Source: Laetmonice hystrix
Taxonomy: Eukaryota
Assembly (NCBI GenBank): GCA_965235115.1
Contig: OZ249436.1
Location: 37,140,001 to 37,204,000, forward strand
Length of the DNA: 64,000 nucleotides
Direction of reading: 5' to 3'
In this document: positions 50,713 through 63,719 of the stretch, piece after piece
How the letters are laid out: the number at the start of each line of letters is the position of its first letter
Numbering within the stretch: the first letter of the stretch is position 1
The notes under the pieces: model-generated
The model's input: only the letters and a program-made list of their open reading frames with translations
What the model was told of the DNA's origin: nothing
The model's database searches: none
Program-made: the position numbers and the translations under genes

Positions 50713-52057
50713 TTAATATGAAATGACATGAGATGCAGCCGAGATGCGGCCAAGTGGAGCTCACGCATTAGCGGTACTACGCGATGTCTTTACCCTAATC
50801 CTTGGGAGTTGGTACACACAATTTGATGACGTTTTCGACATCTCTAGTAACTGAACTTTCCAGACCACATTCTGTATGGCACTAATCCTTTTAGGTCATA
50901 GCCTTTAGGAACAACACAAAAATGCATATGCACGGTAGATAAACACAAGCCACTGAAAGGACGCACGACTCTTGATTCACCTGTTAAAGAGGCATTTCGG
51001 CAGAAAGTAAGAAAAACGACTTCTTTTGTTGTGTTGGTGATGTGGTCTGTCGTTGAAATTGATTGATATAAACAAAGAGCGCTTTTTTATCGTCATTTTC
51101 CGCCAGAAATCAGCCTCATTAACCTTTGCAGTCGAGTAGATCCCCCCCCCCCCCGCGGCATATTGTTCTGACCGTGGCCAAGACAGGGGTGGGAAGGAAG
51201 CGCATGTTTTCTATTTGATATGCTGGTGTACACAATGAAGTGACGTTGCACACAGTTACTGAGAGTCATGGGGCGCTCAGATGGCTTGTTGATGTAAGAA
51301 TATGGCGCCAAGTTATAGAATGAAACTGTGTGCACCGAATCAATCTTCTTTTACTGCACACGCAATGAAATGACATCTGTCAGCCCGATGTCACCGGTAA
51401 GAATTTATATTTAGGGCCGTTTTATACTGTCAGATAGGGAAAATGCAATCCGTGCTCTTTAATGTCAGGAAAGGTAGAAAAATACGTCCCGCTATGTTAT
51501 CGTCGCTGTCTGCTTACAAAATCTATGTATATTAAACCTAAGAAGTATGCTAGTGACAGAAAATGCATATGATTTTGAATCCCGGCCGAACTGGCTTCCC
51601 ATAACGCTCAAACAGGTTGCCATGATTCCTTTAAGGTCTTAAATCAGCAAGTCTCCTTCTCGCAGAAAATGATTTAAGCGATTAAATCTGCTTTTATATG
51701 TATGCTTGATAGCATTATATATAGCCTTTTCTTCCACTGTTTTCAAAATTTAGCCATATATCATTATACCAGGAGTGGATGATGATGAGGATGAAGTGAG
51801 AAATGGCACCGGGAGGTAATTCCTTATTCTTTTCGTTTTCGAAGCACGTGTCTGCACCATTACCGAATCCGGTCATTTAGCGCATGCGCAGAGGTAACTC
51901 TTTTGAAATGATAACGCAATAAGATGATGAGATACGATGATATAAATATTATGGGTGCATGTTTCCAGTTGGGATCCCTCTTCGCCGTGAAAATTATATG
52001 CTCTTTGATACCGACACGGCGTAAAACTCGCTGGCGTAAACTCTAGCCGTCTATCTG

Positions 52058-52174
52058 GGGCCGGTTTTACTAAAGGTCGAAAATAACGACGTCGAAAATT
52101 TAACATAGAAGTGAATGGTTGCTAGGTCGTTATTTTCGACGTCGTTATTTTCGACTCTTTAGTAAAAGGGACCC
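52058..52174. mobile_element. PIF/Harbinger-like MITE with CTG TSD
   Basis: CTG|GGG..TTTTACTAAAGGTCGAAAATAACGAC ... GTCGTTATTTTCGACTCTTTAGTAAAA..CCC|CTG. Confidence 0.7.
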
Positions 52175-52176
52175 CT

Positions 52177-52329
52177 GTCTGTTTCTATCTCTCTGTGTGT
52201 TTCTGTCTCTGTATGTGTAGCTGTCTCTTGCTTTCTCTGTCTCTGTCTCTCTATGTTTGTCTCTTGTCTTTCTGGGTCTGTCTGTCTGTCTGTCTCTCTC
52301 TGTCTCTCTCTGTCTCTCTCTCTCTCTCG
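52177..52329. repeat. Degenerate (TC)n/(TCTG)n microsatellite
   Basis: Directly visible. Confidence 0.9.
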
Positions 52330-52463
52330 CCGTGCATGTTCACAGTAAGCTGTATCTAAAGGCCACCTACGAAGTGTTGCTTTCAGTCTATACGATGTTG
52401 ATATCTGGTCGGCGCAGTGATTGCAAAATGACCTCTGAATACATAGAGAGGTTTGGTTTGTTT

Positions 52464-52518
52464 GTGGAGTTCGCACACTGTTGTGGAGTTCGCACACTGT
52501 TGCGGAGTTCGCACACTG
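52464..52518 (+). repeat. 19-bp tandem repeat x3 (GTGGAGTTCGCACACTGTT)
   Basis: Directly visible. Confidence 0.9.
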
Positions 52519-53404
52519 CACACTTCTTGGTCACCTCCATACGCTGAAGATGGTTATGTGCATGCATACTGACTGATTCATTAATTTGGAAGGTCATTAC
52601 TACCCAGCTGTATTGACTTCGTTTTCTGAAGCAATGACACTCTTTTCCGAGACATTCCACTTCGGTCCACTAAACTCGTTCAGCTCTGTCGTCTCTATTG
52701 GGCCAGCCACACCGAAATAATTAACGGATCACATCAGCAATCGTTTGGCGGAACCGATTATTTGTAGAATTTGAATTTGTTAAAATAAAAGTTCTATCTT
52801 AATGACATAAATACTGATAATAAACTTTATAATGAACACATAAACAGTTGCAGTAAACGGGAATGACATAATGATAATGATAACATTTATGTTTGGGCAC
52901 TTATTCTTAAGTATCAATGCCGACTAACATGAAGTGACTTAAAGCTAATACTTAACATACAAAGAACGTTTCTGTCTGGTATGCTCATCAGTCACTGCCC
53001 TCTAAACATAGTTAATGATGTTCATTTGTGTATAAGGCGGGTGGCTGGAAAGAAAACGGAGACTCCTGTGACAGGGAGCGAGTTCGGTGAGGTGACGGCA
53101 ACCGATAGGTGGCGCAGTAGCGAGAGGTTCAGTATGTCACCAGGTGGCGATGTGGTTCAACAATTATCCATACTTTTACAGTTATGCCCAATTCTTCCAT
53201 ATGCACAATAGGGAAACGTTTTTCATGGTACGTGTATAAACACATGTACAGGGGATGCAGAACAATGGATTGAGAATTGCCCTGAAGGGAAATGCTTTAC
53301 ATAATATAGACCTACATATTTTGAAGCCACGTTACTTCCTTGTAAATACCGGAAATTACCCCAAAAAATATGATGGAATTAAATAATAATCAAGCAATAA
53401 TTGA

Positions 53405-53585
53405 CACGAGTGATAGTCATACTAGGTCTCATGACGCTATCTTCTACATGTCACCTAAAAGTGAACATTTAAAAAAAAAAAAAAAAAATTGTAATAGTGG
53501 ATTACCCGTTTGTTTTCGATCAATAAAGGACATAAATGAATTCAAATCACAAATGAAGACGTATTATTTAAGAATGTCCCTGTCG
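53405..53585 (+). mobile_element. 3' end relic of a CR1/L2-group LINE ORF2
   Basis: ORF 53370..53612 contains 'SHTRS' and 'SGLPVCFRSIKDINEFKSQMKTYYL', matching the typical C-terminal H.Y.TR...WN.LP..IR.....FK..LKT signature. Confidence 0.6.
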
Positions 53586-55423
53586 GATAATAACAGAGAA
53601 TTAAACCATTGATATACGTTAAAGTAAACAATGATAGATTATTAAGCCCCGATTATTATAAATCGACTGTTGTAGCCCAGGACTCCGCACTTGTGACGGC
53701 ACTCACAGTCGAGTGGGTAATCCCGGTAAAAAAATATCGATTTTTAAAAAGATTCTCCGAAGATTATACGTTTTAGCAACTTTAATTATCATCAGCACAC
53801 CAAATCTACAAGGTACCTTTCGATCGCCACCATGTCTCTCACTCGCAACTAAACAGTCACTGCATCAAGATTATAATGTTGTATACCGAAAGCTATAGTT
53901 CAACTCTTTACTATGTTCTGTTATATTTCACCTACATCATTTTTTCTCTCGCTACATCTGATACACATGTATACAAAGTTATAGTTGCCACAAATTCTGA
54001 CCCGTGAACGTTAATCAAACTGCCATCGCTTGTCGACAACGGATATTGCTCTGTGATACGTCTAGTTCGGCGACACATGCCATGAATCCTGTATAACTAA
54101 AAATTGCCACCGTCCTTTTCGATTAAATGCCTATTTTTTACACGGCATTTGACATGAAAACTGACCGACTTTTGTGTATAAAATATTTCGGGTTCCTCTA
54201 TGTTATTGATTCGCGAGTGCCTGTCATTTTGGCAATGCATGGCTTGTCTAATAAAGGACACAAAGTTGCGAGTTATAGAAGGACATCCCGCCAGCCATGA
54301 TCATCATTATTGGATGCCGTCTATAGAAGTAAATGATATATTTTTTAAAGGTTGTCTCTGGCTTTAACGGTCTCCGGGTCTGTCGTCGTGATCTCTACAC
54401 GTGGAATTGTCGCCAGACTACTTGAATGACAGAGCGCGCGTGAATGCATATATTGCTGTGATCCATCTTATATCCTGCCATCTGTGTTAGTTTTCTTTTC
54501 GCGAAGAGCATCGTGTGACTTGGATATCGTGATCAGATTCCCGATGTTCTACCATTACAAGTGTTTTAACATATAGTCACAATGGCGTATAGGAGCGCGA
54601 CAGAAAGTGTGGAGGGGGGGGGGCACATCTCAGGCGCGGAATCAGCACTGCACGAAAGGGGGCGTCCTCGAGCGCCGAAGACGTGAGGTGACCACTTGCA
54701 GAGGGGTCTGGGGCCCCCCCTAGAGAATCTTTAAATTTAAAAAGCCCCCCCCCCCCCCCAAAAAAAAAAAAACACGCTATTTGGCATCTGGGGCTAGAAA
54801 TTGTGAAATTTCTCAAAGCATTTAGGTGAAGTTGAGATCTGTATACTATAGCAAAATTTAACGCCAGTGAGTCATGACGCAATATAAACGTAACTGTTTC
54901 CTCTCTGACGTTACAAGCGAGGAACCGTACCTGCCATTTCCTTAATGTCACCTTCATTGTGCTCGATGGTACAATTCCACTGATATTTGTCTAATACTTG
55001 ACGCGGTGACTATTCCATTCATCCTTCCAACTCCACTCAGAATATGCATATTTAACTAATCGATCTATTTGATGTTGGGTTAGTACCATTCCCATCCTGA
55101 TGAATTTCATTATAGCGAGGGTATCCTCCATCAGGTACGGTTCATTCATTGCCAAGAACCTGCACGGCAAATGGAACTGAATCTATAGGCCATACAGGCA
55201 CGACCCCCACAACCTTAATTAAACTAAATCCATATCGAGCAAGCTGCAAAGTGGCCGTCTATATATAGTGAATCTCGATGGAATAAACCTCTACAGGCCA
55301 CACAAACTGAACAACATTAAGTTTTAATGCACGTTAATAGTGAAGTTATCTGTAACTTTAGATGAACACCCCAAAAAAGACAACTTCACGAATAATTAAG
55401 AAAAAACAGTTCAAAGAGATGCG

Positions 55424-55690
55424 GTGTTTTTATGACGTGTCAACAACCAAGGCTATCTTCACGGCAAAAACAAAAAACGTCAGTGAGTAGGCCTAGTGGT
55501 GCACGCCGTGTCGGTATCGAATGCCATCTTCACGGCGAGAAAAGGTCAGACAAGGGGCCTGTTGTCTCCCGGGTCCCCACGGGACTTAATTAAAGTAATT
55601 AAGGAGAATACAACAGGCCAAATCATAAATGCCTTCCCATAAATGCCCCCGTGAGTGAGTAAACTGAGGGGTTTACACCACTAGGGAGAA
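55424..55690 (-). mobile_element. Cluster of short retroposon / SINE pieces
   Basis: Partial copy at 55424-55470, near-full copy at 55483-55585 (CGCCGTG..CACGGCG; TCCCGGGTCCCCACGGGA) and a GTGAGTGAGT tail at ~55651. Confidence 0.7.
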
Positions 55691-57060
55691 ATCCAATCAT
55701 TGCAAGAGTTCTTGAAGGAGACAATCTGTTCCGGGCAAGGAATTCCCGACGGTCCATCGCCTCCAAAAACAATCCCCAATTCATCGCCTCTGAAAAACAG
55801 TCAGGGGCCGCTGAGGACTATTAAACCATTAATTGTTACGAAAGAGAGTAGGCAAAATAAACATACCCAGGAAAACCACCGACTTCGTTGAAAATATTTG
55901 ACCAGAGACAGTAGGCCCTAGAGGCAGTGGATTAAAGACTGCCAGACCGTATAGGCCTATACCGTAGATCTAACCGGTATTTATTCTGGGGACTTGTTCT
56001 AAATTTATTACAATAGTGGTTGATTTTGCAGTGCATTCGTACGGGTCGCTGTTGTATATAGGCCTAATTTATTATAATAGTGGTTGAGTTTGACGTAATA
56101 ATTATCAATTATTACAATAGTGACCGTTAGTACAATAGCGGTAGCAACAATGCAGTGTTCATGAGAGCAGGAGGCCAAAGACGTCGAGGCCTAATGCATG
56201 CAGTAACAATTTACTAAGAAGCGGAGAGGCTTTCTTTGCATTAGATTTTTCACCGTCCTGATCGATATGTAAATAAGAAACTAATCCTTCTTGGGTTACC
56301 TTTAATACGCCGGCTATTGCCTAACCTCAAGCCAATGCAAACGTTTGCATAGTTAGGCTATGCATTCATTCGACATCACCCAGGTGCCCTCCACAAGACA
56401 TTCATTTACAACCACGGCCAATACATTCTCCTATTAGGTCTTTATTTCGCTGGTTATCACTGATATCCTAGCGGAGACCATCAGTGGTCAGTAATATCCA
56501 CGGAGGAGCGAACTATTTAGATTCTCGCTTGGGTGTCTCATCCTGCAGCCGTTCACGAGCTTATTTCCTCTCCGTTCATGAATAATTCAGGGCAATAGCT
56601 CTCCGCCTATGGCAAAGAAAAAACTGCCAATACCTGATCACGTTCCCGGATATGAAAATACATCATATTATGTAATATACTAGGCCATGTCCTCCGTATT
56701 CCCAGAACGCCAACGACCGCTATTGGCTGTCGTGTAATTCTGCCCTATGATTCTTCTGCACGGTGCACATACCGGAAATATAACATACGAGCAGATCAGA
56801 CGCACACAGACGGCCAGTGTGAGATAATACGACTGCCGTCTTGTCCCATGTGTAAAAACGCATAGAACTTAGACTGACCATTTTGTTTATGCTTTGTATC
56901 TTCTTAGAGTTTTAGAAATTACAGATTTGTGGGTTGATCTATTGCAAAAGGGCAGTCAGATAATAATCGAGTTAACGACCATATATTTCTATTTTGTTTG
57001 CCTTCAAATTACTCAAATGAGAGACATCCAAGTAATCGGTTAGGAGAACTATTTGAAGGT

Positions 57061-57325
57061 GAGTGAGCGATGTTTTATGCCCTGTCGACAGTATTTCGTT
57101 CATATCCAGGGCGATACTAGGAACCATTTATTTCAGTCAATTGCAAGGGACCTATTGTCACCCTGTCCTCATGGGTACTGTTATAAAAGTAAAAAAAACC
57201 CACGGTTTTGTCAGTGAGTATTGGCCGTCCATCCACTCTATTTCGGTATCTTCACGGCGAGCACAAAGCCAGAACACTACAAAATAAAAGAACCGGACCT
57301 TTTGTCTCTCGAGCTTCCGCTGGAA
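57061..57325 (-). mobile_element. tRNA-SINE 3' part (57061-57180) next to a short retroposon copy (57213-57325)
   Basis: GCCCTGTCGACAGTA..CATAT.CAG.GC..TAGGAACCAT.TA.TTCAGTCAA is shared with the 7515 SINE. ATCTTCACGGCGA..TTTTGTCTC is shared with the 16812 family. Confidence 0.7.
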
Positions 57326-57596
57326 CAAAAACGCCTTTAAAATTTGTTCACAAAATAATCTGATGCCAGGTCCTTCTCATGCCATGTTGCGGACATCACT
57401 GACACGAGGCACGGCCTGGAATTGCCCGTCTATAAATAGCAAGTCTCCAACGCCAACAGTGAAATAATTGCTTCATTTAACAAAAGCTTGTACCAAATAA
57501 GTCTTTCTATATTAGGTTAATTTTAATTCAATTAAATTTTAACATCTATCTGAAGGATGGTCAGGTACAAAAGGTAGGTAGGTATAGGTAGGTAGT

Positions 57597-57770
57597 TAGG
57601 TCTTCCAACTTTACATAACGCAGGGTAGGTCTTCCAACTTTACATAACGCAGGGTAGGTCTTCCAACTTTACATAACGCAGGGTAGGTCTTCCAACTTTA
57701 CATAACGCAGGGTAGGTCTTCCAACTTTACATAACGCAGGGTAGGTCTTCCAACTTTACATAACGCAGGG
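57597..57770 (+). repeat. Perfect 29-bp minisatellite x6
   Basis: TAGGTCTTCCAACTTTACATAACGCAGGG repeated six times without spacers. Confidence 0.97.
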
Positions 57771-58018
57771 ACAAAACCGCAGTCTGCGCGCGAGAGGATT
57801 CCCCACATGGCAAGCCACGTCGTGCAGCTATACGCGGTTCGTTAGAAAAGTCTCTAACTTTTCGAGACAACTACACGACTGTCGGGGCCCACGCCACTGC
57901 GCAAACGTCTGGTACCTTTTGAGGGAGAAACAAAAAGAAGAGCATGGGAAAGAGGACGAGAAAGGAATGCAAAGCCGTTTTCAAAGCAATTTAGTAGTTG
58001 CCGGAGTGCTCATTCTAA

Positions 58019-58227
58019 AGGGCCTGATCCACTAAAGGCGATTTTCCTTGCGACGCCTATGCGATTATAACATCACCCTTTTATTTTACTGTAATGTTGA
58101 GATTAAAGGATGGAACCCATTTCCGGAAACGAAGAAGGCCAGCCAGGAAAGATTCCAGAGTGAAATTCCACCATTAATTCAAAAATCGCACGGCCATCGC
58201 AAGGGGAATCGCCTAGGATCAGGCCCT
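58019..58227. mobile_element. PIF/Harbinger (Tourist-like) MITE with TAA TSD
   Basis: TAA|AGGGCCTGATCC..AGGCGATT..CCTTGCGA ... TCGCAAGG..AATCGCCT.GGATCAGGCCCT|TAA. Confidence 0.8.
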
Positions 58228-60863
58228 TAATGCAACCTTCCATTCAGGTCGAACACCTTGTAAAGGAAGAGTGGATCATGGATGAACCTCGTATCGTCGG
58301 CTCGAGTGGTTAGACCTAATATAGGCGAGTACGATTTTTAGCAAGGTATAATGTTTACAACGTGTTGTGTTTAAAGTGCCTTTTTTTCTTTTTTATTCCG
58401 CAAACAAATACTCCTCTGTTCCTTGCATGTCCAGATGGAACCTGCCACCGCAAGCGGACCAGCCAGAAACAGGCGCGGAATGGGGAACGTCTACAGCCAG
58501 AATGGTTGGGCCCGTCCGGTATAGCAGAACTACCGAACAACGTTGTTGGATTCGCAAAGTTCTCGTTAATCAATCCACAGCCATTTATTGAGACAGGAGA
58601 ACGCGAGAAGGAACATAGAACGGACGAGAAGGATGAGGCGATGATGATAGTGAAATAATTTTCAAGAAGTTAGTGTTAGTTCGCCTCAAATGACAGGATA
58701 CCAATCACGACCAGTACGCATGCACAGGGACCCGAGGGATGGAAGAACCGACACGCGGCTGACTGACGTACACATAGACGCACCCACCCACTCTTGGCAA
58801 GGGACTCTCCCAGTGTAGAAGGGCTTCAGCCTTCAGGCCTCTTTGTGGAGAAAATGTTGGCTGCCCTGTGAGGACTCCAAATGTTGAATTTGTCCACTTG
58901 AATAACTCCCACAGGGCGTGCCTCCGCAACAGGGACTGCCCGGTATACCCTGATGGCCTACAACAGTATGACCTGGACCTCAAAATCCCAATCCAGAAGG
59001 CGGATGGGATGGACCACCGTTAGAAATTGTCTGGCCTTAGTTCCAAAGACAGTCGGAGCAGACTCTTTACCATTGCAGCGGAAATGTACATTTCTATTGG
59101 ACAAGACTCGGCAATTATACACTTCAAGCAGGACCCGATGTATCACCACAGTATGAGTTTACGGGAGGGAAAATTGTCGATGTCCACACGTAAACCTACT
59201 TAAAAGAAACCCGACCAAAACACCAAGATGTGAACAATTCACTCGGTTGGTATGCGACAATCACATGGTGACAGCCAAAAGTTTCAATGTCGACGGCAGA
59301 GAAGACTTCCCTGTGAGGGGCCGGCCTGCTCCCAACTATTATAGCGTGGAAAACTAATGGATTGTTCATAAGCTAGTCGATAAGATGCAACATTTACTGA
59401 TAAACCCAGAAGAAACTCCAACTTTGTTCTCGCCATGTTCAACGTGGACTTTATACTTACTTGCGTTAATAATTATTGTGACAGGTAATCGGGGTTTTTT
59501 TCCTAAACGTTTTCCATTCCCGTCGCGCCCTTAAAGGCCGGCATACAAAGGCGCAATTTTAGTTGCAGACAGTCACAGACTAAACAGTCGAGGAAGAATC
59601 GTAGCATGTATGTCAGTTTTTGTGCAGGTAACATAGCAGCGGTGTTTGATTTCAAGCATTTCTTTTCTGACATCATTCCACTAGATGGTTTGCTTCATAT
59701 ATTATCGCTCCTGCCACACCGGTGATAGATTTTTTTACCGATTCTGGACACACAAATTTCCCGTTTGTCGAGGTTGCATTGTTCTACCTTATACATTGTG
59801 TTAGGGTGCTTTGAATAGTTTGTTGATATAAGGCGCAGGCTTTTTACACATTGCGGGAGCTTTACATATAGAGGAAGTTTTATATATACGGGTTGTACAG
59901 GGGTGCACGTTGGGAGTTTGAGCAACTGCATGTAGACTGGGCCTAGATCTACAGAAGGCACGGATCCAGCACTGTAGCACCGAAGGCGCGAGGTGAACAT
60001 GTGCGAGGGTCTGGAGTGGAAAATGTTTGAATTTAGACGACAAAAAAGAGCATCTGAAGATAGAGATTGTGTTTTTCAATTTAGGCATTTAGGACTAGCC
60101 TACCGATAACATACGCGGGGGGGGGGGGGGGGGGTCTGGAGATGCCGCAGTAAAAGGGTTCAGGATTCAAGGGGCAAATATTGACAGCAGCCTGTCTGAG
60201 CGCTGTGAGCGTGAATGTGCACTTTTGTTTACAAAATTCTGGGTCCTTTCGCTCCACAAATTTTGGCCCACTTTTCATCGTATTGTGACTGCGTGTTAGG
60301 AAAACATACCTTAAATCGATACACTGTTTAAGAAATATTTCCAGGATGTGTTTCAGCGTGAAATAAAACGAGGTGTAGCACAGTTTCACGTCGCGAGTGA
60401 CGTGGGTAGGGGCCTACAGATTTACTGCGCTGTTGAAAGCATGCTCTTTGGACATGCCTGGTCAAAGATATGTCGGGATTTTCTGGCATAACTGGATATT
60501 CTCCAGTTCTGTGATCATTATTGCTAGAAATACGATAGGCATATTATGCCTTTTTCGTTAAAGAATAGGATATTTTGCTGTTAAACTTTCCCGTATGAAC
60601 ACATGTAGAACGTGTAACTCACTTGTAGCCGTCTCGTACGGCAAGCCACACGGAACGACCGAGCTAAATTGTCGATCGGCCGGATCAGAGACCACACCAC
60701 ACCTCCGGCAGATTACCGTTAGTGTCCGTAGAGTTTCTACACTTTCACTATCCGAGTGTATTTCCCGAATAGCAAAGTAAACCGGAAATGGTTCGGTCGT
60801 TCCGATTGGTTTTGTACGTGTCATCCATGCAGCGTCGCGATCACGTGACTTTGGTGTTTCGCG

Positions 60864-61097
60864 TTGCCGTTCAGTGTTTAACACCTGTGTATTGCCGTTC
60901 AGTGTTTAACACCTGTGTATTGCCGTTCAGTGTTTAACACCTGTGTATTGCCGTTCAGTGTTTAACACCTGGGTATTGCCGTTCAGTGTTTAACACCTGG
61001 GTATTGCCGTTCAGTGTTTAACACCTGGGTATTGCCGTTCAGTGTTTAACACCTGTGTATTGCCGTTCAGTGTTTAACAGCTGTGTATTGCCGTTCA
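60864..61097 (+). repeat. 28-bp minisatellite, ~8.3 copies
   Basis: TTGCCGTTCAGTGTTTAACACCTG(T/G)GTA; three adjacent copies carry the G variant. Confidence 0.97.
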
Positions 61098-61240
61098 AAC
61101 CTTACCTACTACACCTTTAACAGAACAGCAGTAGTATCTGACTTCCTATTAAGCCGTTATACACTTTTGATACATTTACCCAACAGAACAACTATGAAAA
61201 CATAATATGAATCCAGCCTACCTGTCTGCTACTGTATCTA

Positions 61241-62125
61241 TCAGATAAAATCCGTCATCACAGATGTAAAGTCACAGAAGTAAAATCCTTCCCCACTGAG
61301 TGGACACAAAATCGTTTCACCGACCACATCTCCAACCGACTTCACGCAAGCAATAATATTCGCCCTTGTGTTCTGAGCGCGAACGCACTCGCCCTCATTT
61401 GAAGTCGTCATTGCGAGCAGCTCGTCTGTCCTTGCACAGTAACAATAAATACAAATCTCATACTTGAGTTTCAACGCACTAAACAAAATCCCCTTATACG
61501 GTCAATCATCACGATTTTCCGCGTCACAGCTCTCTGAATGCCTTCTAAAAAGATTAACACCGGGGTAGCCACTGGACAAAATAGAAAAAGGTGCCCCAGG
61601 GACTCCTTGGCCACTTTGCATAAGGCACAACTTTCAGGAAGACGCGAGTCACTTTTGTGTAGACCGTTGACTGGCAGGACTCCATGAGCAACCCGCCAGG
61701 AAAACTTTATGCCCTTACTATGAAGAAACCTGTCGTTAACATTCTTCCAACACTCATTGAAATCAACAAAGACGTTCTCGTCTTTCTGGACCAGACTAGG
61801 GATACAAGTGTCCTTTTCCACTGATACCTTATATAGGCTGAGCCACTTGGCAGAACCTGAGTTTCCTCACCTGGGAGGCTGGCGTGAGATGCCTGCCACA
61901 GGCGCGCCACTCTTTCGTAGAAAGAAGGGACCCAATCAGAATGAGGTATAGTGTTACTTGCGAACGAGGGAGAAGGTATACTGAGAAATACTGCCACTTC
62001 GACATTCTCGGATTGTCTATCAACTGTGCTATCACTCAGAGCAAAACTATCCAATGTCCTTTCAATGGAGACCCTTCGTACTCCTCCGTTTTCAAAGGGC
62101 ATAGACAGTCACTCTACACCATGTT
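61241..62125 (-). mobile_element. Tx1/L1-clade non-LTR retrotransposon, decayed ORF2 C-terminus (zf-RVT region)
   Basis: 'PFENGGVRRVSI' (the LP..GGL motif after the RT domain), 'PSFY', 'W..V......KFSWRVAHGVLPVN' and 'SCALCKVAKESLGHLFLFCP' (C-x2-C-x7-H-x4-C zinc knuckle). Split over ORFs 61707..62102, 61471..61821 and 61241..61486. Confidence 0.85.
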
Positions 62126-62126
62126 A

Positions 62127-62292
62127 AGCCCTGTTTTCCATGTCTGCTTTTCCGTTATCCGTTTCCGATTCGATGGTTTATGCCTATTTCATACGGGAGC
62201 GTTTCCATGTATACGTTTCATAGTCCGAATGTACACGTGGAAACGCGCCCATAGTAACGGATAACGGAAACGTACACATAGAACCCGGGTTT
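62127..62292. mobile_element. Degenerate palindromic MITE at the truncated end of the LINE
   Basis: TTTCCGTTATCCGTT is mirrored by AACGGATAACGGAAA; imperfect ends AAGCCCTG / CCCGGGTTT. Confidence 0.55.
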
Positions 62293-63059
62293 TACTGTCC
62301 TGCAATCCCTATCAGGTCCTGTCCATACAACTTTAAATAACAGAGTATAGACATGTTTTAAATATTTCTTATTCATTTCCAGCACATGCCACAAATAACA
62401 TAACTTAGAGAGTACGTTCAGGTTAACGAAGAGAGTGCTCCCTCTGTAGGAAAGCTTCCTTTCTCTTCCTTTTCTTTACTCATACTTTAGTGTCTTTTAT
62501 AAAGAAAATGTACTAAAAGGGGTATTGAAAGGCCTGAGAGGGGTATCGAAAGGCTAGGCGATAGGCTACTCGCTAAGACAGGGTTTGACAGCATTTTCTA
62601 GCCGTGCCAGAACACAAGACTTTGCGCATACGGGAGCGTTTCCATGTATACGTTTCATAGTCCGAATGTACACGTGGAAACGCGCCCATAGTAACGGATA
62701 ACGGAAACGTACACATAGAACCCGGGTTTTACTGTCCTGCAATCCCTATCAGGTCCTGTCCATACAACTTTAAATAACAGAGTATAGACATGTTTTAAAT
62801 ATTTCTTATTCATTTCCAGCACATGCCACAAATAACATAACTTAGAGAGTACGTTCAGGTTAACGAAGAGAGTCCTCCCTCTGTAGGAAAGCTTCCTTTC
62901 TCTTCCTTTTCTTTGCTCATACTTTAGTGTCTTTTATAAAGAAAATGTACTGAAAGGGGTATTGAAAGGCCTGAGAGAGGTATCGAAAGGCTAGGCGATA
63001 GGCTACTCGCTAAGACAGGGTTTGACAGCATTTTCTAGCCGTGCCAGAACACAAGACTT
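62190..63059 (+). repeat. Recent tandem duplication, 437-bp period
   Basis: 62190-62622 is repeated at 62627-63059 with only a few substitutions and a 4-nt filler (TGCG) at the junction. Confidence 0.95.
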
Positions 63060-63205
63060 GGAAAATGGCGGTTTCATACATCCCGATGTGACCTAGAAAC
63101 AACCAATCAGAAGCAGCCCCGGTCGTTCCGAGTGCGGCTTGGCTATCGAGACAGCACGCACGTGTTGACGGGTGGCTGCAGCCTTTCGTAGTGAGTAGGC
63201 CTACG

Positions 63206-63239
63206 TATGGTGGCTCAAAAGTATCATCTCGTACTTAAA
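63206..63239 (+). mobile_element. Solo terminus of the IS3EU-like family
   Basis: TATGGTGGCTCAAAAGTATCATCTCGTACTTAAA is the exact reverse complement of the right end of the 24076-25534 element (25501-25534). Confidence 0.85.
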
Positions 63240-63719
63240 GTGTGACAAAGCCTTTTCTTTTAAATGATAGGGAAGCTGTGGTTAACATCACTACGCACGT
63301 TACTGTGAGGGCATCAATAAACAGCGAACTGAGCGAACTGAGATCGATTAGTCGTGCTACAAGCCCGTGACTTCAGGTATGACGTTCCATCAGTTTTGTA
63401 ATAAAGTACACATTAAATATCTGATCGAATTATATGCACAGTTTAACATGCAGAAACTCTGCTTGAAATACCAGAGAAAAATAGAGAACTATATAGTCGA
63501 AAAGTAACAGAAAATCAAACCGAACAGAATTATATCCCTCGGTGATGGCTACGACGGGAAAATGGAACAACCATATTGGTCGCACTGCCAGCCAACATCA
63601 GTCGTTCTCTAACTGGTAAGTCTGGCACGTTTCTGTATCCTCACAAACAAAGCCATGCGTATTCCTACCCCCTCCCCTTTATACCAAATATTCATAGAGT
63701 AGGCGTTGCGGGATTAAAT

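Noticed and set aside
52960..52995. Hammerhead ribozyme-like core on the minus strand (CTGATGAG..GAAAC)
   Set aside because: Stem II does not pair (G..A closing) and no convincing stems I/III are present. At best a decayed Penelope-type remnant.
57597..57770. CRISPR-like 29-bp repeats (also 24107-24375 and 60864-61097)
   Set aside because: Units are head-to-tail with no unique spacers, there are no cas genes, and the context is eukaryotic.
58697..59150. 'HIDAPTH' and 'VGADS' resembling a cyclase/kynurenine formamidase family relic
   Set aside because: Only two short matches in different frames. Could be a real relic but cannot be supported without a search.
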